This document shows, in pieces, positions 19,805-25,918 of a DNA stretch of 25,918 nucleotides. The notes under the pieces are model-generated. The model did not search any database and was not told the DNA's origin. It worked only from the letters and a program-made list of their open reading frames with translations. The DNA is taken from assembly GCA_963827755.1 (NCBI GenBank), contig CAWHCQ010000046.1, forward strand, positions 1-25,918, read 5' to 3'. Position numbers and translations under genes: made by a program. The stretch's first letter is position 1, and each line of letters opens with the position of its first letter. Origin of the DNA: an uncultured Gammaproteobacteria bacterium. GTDB lineage: Bacteria > Pseudomonadota > Gammaproteobacteria > UBA9214.

Positions 19805-20317
19805 ATGCGATCATCGTCGATAAACCTGCCCCTGCAATTCCTCAACCTCTGGTTGACCCTGCTGTTGATCTGGCTGATTATCAACGGCACGCTGGCCACC
19901 GACACCGTGCTCACCGGCGTGGTGATTACGGCAGCCATTGCGCTGGCCTTCGCCGCCTTTTCACGCGTCTACAGCGTTATTCGCTGGTCACCACGGGTGA
20001 TCTACACCTACCTGATTTACCTCGGTGTGTTTTTCCATGAACTGGTGAAAGCCAACCTCAACGTGATGCGCTATGTGTACAGTCCGCATATCGACATCCA
20101 TCCCGGCATCGTCGAGATCAAGACCAGCCTGCAGTCGCCCATCGGCCGGCTGGCGCTGGCCAACTCCATCACGCTGACCCCGGGTACCCTGGTCGTCGAC
20201 ATACTCGAGGACTCGCTGTTCATCCACTGGATCAACGTCACCGCGACAGACCCGGTCGCGGCCACAGAGGAGGTCGCCGGGCGTTTCGAGAAATACCTGA
20301 AAGTTATTTATGGTTGA
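19805..20317 (+). CDS. mrpE: MrpE/MbhA/MbxA-like cation:H+ antiporter subunit E
   Basis: ELVKANLNV...IHPGIVEIKT.L...LANSITLTPGTLVVD...LFIHWINV...FEKYLKVIYG. The IHWI and FEKYL motifs are MbhA-like. Confidence 0.9.
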   Translation: MRSSSINLPLQFLNLWLTLLLIWLIINGTLATDTVLTGVVITAAIALAFAAFSRVYSVIRWSPRVIYTYLIYLGVFFHELVKANLNVMRYVYSPHIDIHPGIVEIKTSLQSPIGRLALANSITLTPGTLVVDILEDSLFIHWINVTATDPVAATEEVAGRFEKYLKVIYG

Positions 20318-20570
20318 TATTACCCTGAACATCGCCTTCGTTCTGATTTTCTTCAGTATCGTGTTTGGCATTATTCGTCTTGTCATCGGGCCCAACACGG
20401 TCGACCGGGTAGTCGCCGTCGACCTGCTGACCATCATCGCCATTGCGGTGATCGGCCTGCTGGCGCATGTCGCCAACCGCTATATCTACCTCGACGTGGC
20501 ACTGGTCTATGGCCTGTTGAGTTTCCTCGGTGTACTCGCCGTTGCCCGTTTCCTCGAAAAAGGCATCTAG
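20310..20570 (+). CDS. mrpF: MrpF/MbhB/MbxB-like subunit
   Basis: RLVIGPNTVDRVVAVD...YLDVALVYGLLSFLGVLAVARFLE. Confidence 0.92.
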   Translation: MVDITLNIAFVLIFFSIVFGIIRLVIGPNTVDRVVAVDLLTIIAIAVIGLLAHVANRYIYLDVALVYGLLSFLGVLAVARFLEKGI

Positions 20571-20589
20571 CCGCACAGAGAACCACATC

Positions 20590-20832
20590 ATGATGATCAC
20601 CCTTCTCACCCTGCTGCTCTGCGGCGGTATCCTCATCAGCGGTCTGCTCGCCGTGCTGCTCGACAGCATGGTCAGCGCGGTGATCAGCGCCGGGCTTGCC
20701 AGCCTGTTCGCCGCCGTGGTCTACGTGGTGCTGGCAGCACCCGACGTCGCCATGACCGAGGCCTCGATCGGCTCGGGCCTGTCGACCATGATTTTCCTCT
20801 ATGCCATTCGCAAGACACGGGACGAAGACTGA
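20590..20832 (+). CDS. Stand-alone DUF4040 / MbhD/MbxD-like subunit
   Basis: Three hydrophobic helices with LAAPDVAMTEASIGSGL. ATG 20590 preferred over the upstream GTG, which overlaps mrpF. Confidence 0.87.
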   Translation: MMITLLTLLLCGGILISGLLAVLLDSMVSAVISAGLASLFAAVVYVVLAAPDVAMTEASIGSGLSTMIFLYAIRKTRDED

Positions 20833-20835
20833 TCC

Positions 20836-21180
20836 ATGGGCGAGATGATCGGCAGCCTGTTCCTGCTCGGTGGCGCAATATTCCTGTTCTCGGCGGGCCT
20901 CGGTGTACTGCGCATGCCGGATACCTACAACCGCATCCAGACCGGCACCAAGGCCACCACCCTGGGCTCCATCCTGATCCTCGTCGGGCTGGCCTTCCTG
21001 CACCCGGCCTGGACCCTGAAACTGATTATCCTGATCTTCTTCGTGATGCTCACCAACCCGGTGTCCTCGCATGCCCTTGCGCGCGCCGCGCATGCCATCG
21101 GCACCCCGGAGACGAAGTCCACCGTGATCGACCAGTTGGAGATACCCGCGAACGGGGATAGCCCGGAGCAGGCGGAATGA
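20836..21180 (+). CDS. mrpG: MrpG/MbhC/MbxC-like subunit
   Basis: GVLRMPDTYNRIQTGTKATTLG...TNPVSSHALARAA. Confidence 0.93.
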   Translation: MGEMIGSLFLLGGAIFLFSAGLGVLRMPDTYNRIQTGTKATTLGSILILVGLAFLHPAWTLKLIILIFFVMLTNPVSSHALARAAHAIGTPETKSTVIDQLEIPANGDSPEQAE

Positions 21181-21220
21181 CCCGGCCAGCGCAAGCGACC
21201 ATGCCGGGCGGAGGGTCTGC

Positions 21221-21961
21221 ATGATCAAGCGCCTCATCATCCTGCTGGTGCTGTTCATGCTGGCGGTTATCTTTTTCGACCTCGCGGCCAACTACCGCGA
21301 GAACACATCGCTGTCACCACTGGGACAGTACTACGCCGAACACGGGCCGGCGGAACTCGGCGCCGCCAACCTGGTGACCGCCGTGGTGGTCACCTACCGC
21401 GGCCTCGATACCCTTGGCGAGGTCACGGTGCTGTTCATCTCCGCCGCCGGCGTCGGCCTGCTGTTGCGCCGCACCCGTCGCAAGTACGGTGAGGAAGACC
21501 TTGATAAAGAAGACCGTGCCGAGGAAACCGCGGTCGTGCGCAAGCCCGCCAGTGAAATCGTCGAAACCGCAACCGAACTGCTGCTGCCGATGGTGATCCT
21601 GTTCGGCATCTACGTATTCCTCAACGGCCACCTGTCGCCCGGCGGCGGTTTCCAGGGCGGCGCGATCATCGCGTCCGGCACCATGTTCCTGCTGCTGGCC
21701 TTGCCCGAATCGCATATCAGCCGCCTGCTGATCGCCCTGACCGAATCACTCTCCGGTTTCAGCTACGTGGTCATCGGCGTACTCGGCGTGATCCTGGCAG
21801 GCGGTTTTCTCGACAACCGCATCATGAGTCTCGGCACCTATGGCAGCCTCTTCAGCGCCGGTGCAATACCGCTGATCTATGTCTTCGTCGGCCTCAAGGT
21901 CGGCTTCGAGCTTACCGCTATACTGGACCGCTTCCGCAAGGAGGACAGCGGACCGTTATGA
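21221..21961 (+). CDS. mrpB: MbhE+MbhF-like fusion (MnhB domain protein)
   Basis: ANLVTAVVVTYRGLDTLGEVTVLF (MbhE-like), a charged linker, then GHLSPGGGFQGGAIIA...VGLKVG.EL (MnhB). Confidence 0.88.
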   Translation: MIKRLIILLVLFMLAVIFFDLAANYRENTSLSPLGQYYAEHGPAELGAANLVTAVVVTYRGLDTLGEVTVLFISAAGVGLLLRRTRRKYGEEDLDKEDRAEETAVVRKPASEIVETATELLLPMVILFGIYVFLNGHLSPGGGFQGGAIIASGTMFLLLALPESHISRLLIALTESLSGFSYVVIGVLGVILAGGFLDNRIMSLGTYGSLFSAGAIPLIYVFVGLKVGFELTAILDRFRKEDSGPL

Positions 21962-22338
21962 GCATCCTCGCTGACCTCCAGCTTTCACTGATCGTGCTGT
22001 GCAGCGGTCTCGGGCTGTTCCTGATCGGCCTGTGGGGCGTACTGACGCAACGCAATATCATTCGCATGATCGTCGGCTTTTCCCTGCTGAATACCGGCAT
22101 TCACATGGTCATGGTGTCCATCGGTTATGTTACCGGCGGCACCGCACCGATTATTAACGACGCCGTGCCCGTGGCCGAGGCCGCCAGCCGCATCGTCGAC
22201 CCGGTGCCGTCCGCGCTGGTACTGACCGCCATCGTCATCGGTCTTGGCGTTACCGCGGTGATGCTGTCATTTGCGGTACGCATTTACAGGAGCCGCAGGA
22301 CACTGATGATCGACGAGTGCACGGAATCGAAATGGTAG
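21958..22338 (+). CDS. mrpC: MrpC/MbhG/NuoK-like subunit
   Basis: RNIIRMIVG...GGTAPI...VDPVPSALVLTAIVIGLGVTA. Confidence 0.92.
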   Translation: MSILADLQLSLIVLCSGLGLFLIGLWGVLTQRNIIRMIVGFSLLNTGIHMVMVSIGYVTGGTAPIINDAVPVAEAASRIVDPVPSALVLTAIVIGLGVTAVMLSFAVRIYRSRRTLMIDECTESKW

Positions 22339-25300
22339 ACGCCTTTATTTCCGGGGTCCTGCTGCACCCGCTGGGCATCTTCGTGATCGCACTCGGCGCG
22401 GGCTTCCTGGTGCCGCTGTTCGACCGTGCACACCGCGGCTCGGCCATCGTGGTTTTCCTCGCGGCCCTCGCCGGCATGGTCGCCATCGCCGGCATGAACC
22501 TGCTCGCGCTCCTCAATGGCGCGGCCGCCATCGAAATCGAAACCGCAGGCATCGCGCCGCCGTTTTCCATCAACCTGCGCTTCGGCCTGTATGAAGGCGG
22601 CTTCGTGCTCGCAGTCAACACCATCGCGCTGTTGGGCGCCCTGCACTGGCTGCCGTCGCTGCGGCAGCATGCATCCGCGCTGTTGCTCTACCTGATCATG
22701 GTGATGGGCATCAACGGCATGGTAATGACCCGCGACCTGTTCAACCTGTTCATCTTCATCGAGATCACCTCGATCGCCACCTACGCCCTGATCGGCATGG
22801 AGCGCAGCGGCTCCGTGCTTGCCGCCGGCTTCAAGTACATCGTCGCGACCTCGGTGGCCTCGTCCTTCTTCCTGCTGGGTACGATCTTCCTGTATTACCT
22901 TACCGGCACACTGAACATCGACGACATGGTGGCGCAGCGCGCACTCATCAGCGGCCCGGTCGGCTTCATCGCGACCCTGCTGGTACTCACCGGCCTGCTG
23001 ATCGAGCTCAAGCCCTACCCCGCCAACGGCTGGGGACTGGACGTCTACGAGACCGCACCCGGCGGCATCACCGCGCTGATTTCAACCGGCATCTCGGCCG
23101 GCTTCTTCTTCGCCCTGTTCAAGACGCTGCCGCTGATGGAGAACTACCTGACGAGTATCGCCGTGGTCGGTGGCGCGACCTTCCTGGCGTCCAACCTGAT
23201 CGGCCTGAAGCAGGACAACGCCAGGCGCCTGCTCGGCTATTCCTCCATCGGCCAGATGGGCCTGCTGACACTGGCGCTGGCCGCGGCACTGCAGCTTGGT
23301 ATCGAGGCACAGCTGCCGCTGATCGTGGGCGGGCTGTTCATCAATCACCTGCTGGCCAAGGCCGGCCTGTTCTGGCTGGCGGACCTCATAGACCGTCACA
23401 CCACCAGGGACTGGTCCGTGCTCGCCGGGCGGCCGCTGCTGTTGCTGGTGTTCGGCATCCTGCTGGCCGCACTCGTCGGCCTGCCACCCTTCCCCGGCTT
23501 CTGGGCCAAGTGGGTACTGGTGACGGAACTGGCCTCGGGCGGACTGTACGGCTGGATCGCCGTGGTCCTGCTGGGTTCGCTGCTGGAAGCCGCCTACCTG
23601 TTCCGCTGGTTTACGCATGCCCTGGAGGCCGGCAAGACCGATGCACCCGCCGCCATCGGTCTCTCCAGACTGGCGCCCGTTGCTGTCGCCGCCCTGTTGC
23701 TGTTCGCCACCGGCTACGCGATGGCCGTGCAACTCGAAACCGCCACCCTGGCCGTGTTCCTGCCGCTGCTGGCCGGTGCCGCGCTCTGGTTGCTGGACGG
23801 CCTGCCGGGCCGCCTGAAGGGCCTGCTGATGCTCGTGATGGTGGCCGCGGGCGGCGCCTGGCTGACGCTCGACCTGGAAGGCCTGAACCGGATTTTCGGC
23901 TTTATCCTCGTCGTCGGCGGCGTGCTGATCAGCCTTGCAACCCAGTACCGCGGGGATGCCCGTAAGGGCTTCTACCCGCTGCTGACCATCCTGCTGCTGT
24001 CACTGGCGGCGCTGCTGCGCGCACACACCAGCCTGGCGTTCTTCTTCAGCTGGGAACTGATGACGGTGAGTTCCTACCTGTTGATCACCCTCGGCCGCAA
24101 TGGCGCAAAGCCGTCCCTGGCCTACCTGCTGTTCTCGCTTGGCGCGGCCTACTGCATCCTCGCCGGTTTCGCGCTCGCCTATGCGGCGACCGGCAGTATC
24201 GAACTGGCCGCGCTCGGCAACGCGGGTGAAAGCACGGGCCTCGTCTTCGGCCTGCTGGCGGCCGGCTTCGTCATCAAGACGGGAGGCTTCGGCTTTCACA
24301 TCTGGGTGCCGGACGCCTACGCGGAGGCGGACGACGACTTCACCGCCCTGCTCTCCGCCGTGGTCAGCAAGGCCGCCATCTTCGGCCTGCTGCTGATCGC
24401 CGCGCACCTCGGCGTGCGTTCCGACATCGGCCTCGACCCGGCCTACGTGCTCGGCTGGATCGGCATGCTCACCGCGACCTTCGGCGCATTGATGGCCGTG
24501 TTCCAGGAAGACATCAAGCGCCTGCTGGCCTACTCCAGCATGGGCCAGCTCGGCTACATCGTCACCGGCATCGCGCTGATGAGCCACCTCGGCTGGGTCG
24601 CCGCGCTGTACATGACGGTGAACCACTTCCTCTTCAAGGGCATCCTGTTCCTCGCCGTCGCCGGCGTGGTGCTGCGCACCAACGAGCGCCTCATGTACAA
24701 GATGGGCGGGCTGATCAAGAACATGCCGTTCACCTTCGTCGCCACCATGATCGCCATCATCGCCATGTCGGGCGTACCGCCGCTGACCGGTTTCGGCGGC
24801 AAGTGGCTGCTGTTCAACGCCATCATGGAAAAGGGCTGGTACTGGCTGGCCGCGCTGGCGTTTTTCTCCAGCGCCGTGGCCTTTCTCTACATGTTCCGGC
24901 TGCTGCAGACCGTGTTCCTCGGCCAGCGCAAGCTCGAGCATGCGCAGCTGCGCGAGGCGCCGGTGATCCTGCTGGTTCCCCAGTTCGCGCTGATCGGCAT
25001 CATCATGCTGTTTTCCGCCTGGCCGAAACTGCTGCTCGACCCGCTGTCGGCCGCCATCGGTCCCTGGCAGGCCGGCAGCCTGGTGTGGGACGGCCTCGCG
25101 CTGCAGACCCACCTCGGCTACTGGAACGCACCCATGATCATGGGCGTCGTCGCCGGCGTGTGGATGGTGCCGCTGATCTTCCTGCTGCTGATGTCGCTGA
25201 CCATGAAGATCCAGAAAGTGGAGCAGTTCAATATCGTGTTTGCCGCGGAACGCCCGCACCGCCCGGAAACCACGCATTTCGCCTATCATTTTTTCGCGCA

Positions 25301-25491
25301 CTACGACCGGGCCCTCGGCTTCCTGGTGAGACCGCGGGCGACGGCCTTCTGGAATACCGCCGTCGAGTGGAGCCATACGCCTGGCCGCGTCCTTGCGGAT
25401 TTTCTATAACGGCAACGGCCAGACCTATGCACTGCACATCGTGATCTATCTCGTGGCGCTGTACCTGGTGAACGGAGGGCTGGCGCTGTGA
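22332..25491 (+). CDS. Tandem fusion of two proton-conducting antiporter modules (MbxH+MbxH'-like), about 1050 aa; +1 frameshift near 25380
   Basis: Module 1: RDLFNLFIFIE, ELKPYP, RRLLGYSS, NHLLAK, GFWAKW. Module 2: FSWELMT, IKTG..GFHIWVPDAY, VVSKAA, KRLLAYSS, NHFLFKG, GFGGKW. Removing one C at about 25380 gives the C-terminus HTLAASLRIFYNGNGQTYALHIVIYLVALYLVNGGLAL* (TGA 25489-91). Confidence 0.88.
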
Positions 25492-25918
25492 TCGCGTGAA
25501 TGGCTCGGCAGAATCGGTAACTTCAGCCTGACCCTGCTGATCGTGCTCGTCTACGGCCTGCTCGTGGGCGCCTTCATCGAGCGCACCATCGCCAAGGTCC
25601 AGGGCCGCATCGGCATCCCCTACCGGCAGCCGTTTATCAATATCCTGAAAACGCTGGTCAAGCGCACCGCCGTCAGCCACGGCATCATGTTCTACCTCGG
25701 CCCGGTGTTCCGCGTCGCCGGCGGCATCGGCACGCTGGCCTTCATACCGGTGATCTACGGCAGCGACACCTTCGCGAATTTCAGCTACGCCGGCGACCTG
25801 TTCCTGGTGATCTACTTCATGTTCTTCGGCCAGCTCGGCATGGCGCTGGGCGCCGGCGAAAGCGGCCATCCCTACAGCGCCATCGGCATCGCCCGCGGCC
25901 TGTCGCAGATGACCGCCT
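25488..25918 (+). CDS. Respiratory complex I subunit 1 family (NuoH/HycD/MbxM-like), 5' part; runs off the window
   Basis: Not in the ORF track. Manual translation from 25498: EWLGRIGNFSLTLLIVLVYGLLVGAFIERTIAKVQGRIGIPYRQPFINILKTLVKRTAVSHGIMFYLGPVF...GDLFLVIY...GESGHPYSAIGIARGL. The QGRIG.P..QP and SG.PYS..G..R motifs are NuoH-family. The probable GTG start (GTGA overlap) needs one base removed. Confidence 0.88.

Noticed and set aside
24000-25376. 458-aa antisense ORF, and similar long shadow ORFs (30..818, 5857..7017, 10049..10999, 17521..18498, 18535..19602)
   Set aside because: They lie opposite well-supported genes, have no recognisable motifs, and are expected from high-GC codon bias.
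1-25918. CRISPR array, tRNA/rRNA, IS element or prophage
   Set aside because: No regularly spaced repeats, RNA-gene signatures, transposase or integrase ORFs were seen by manual reading.

Overview
Bacterial chromosomal segment, probably proteobacterial (inferred from gene content), roughly 55-65% GC by eye. Left part: an envelope/lipid-transport cluster (asmA-family gene, pqiA, pqiA, pqiB on the minus strand, with a divergent OmpA/YiaD lipoprotein gene), an APH-like kinase/P-loop fusion gene, a divergent OsmC-like gene, an APC amino-acid permease and a TraR/DksA zinc-finger gene. Two of these genes have FNR-like boxes at class II promoter spacing. Middle: a nine-gene Mrp-type cation/H+ antiporter operon (E-F-G-[DUF4040+B]-C-D-A'-small ORF-D') with three antiporter-like subunits, preceded by a lone glgX. 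Right part: a second, divergently transcribed, more GC-rich operon. It has Mrp-like E, F, DUF4040, G, B and C genes, a ~1050-aa fusion of two antiporter modules, and a NuoH-like subunit cut off by the window end. This layout matches the membrane arm of an MBX/MBS-type or group 4 hydrogenase-type respiratory complex. About a dozen single-base frameshifts (mostly +1) and one in-frame TAG interrupt otherwise intact genes, most likely from uncorrected long-read errors. No CRISPR array, rRNA, tRNA or mobile element was recognised.
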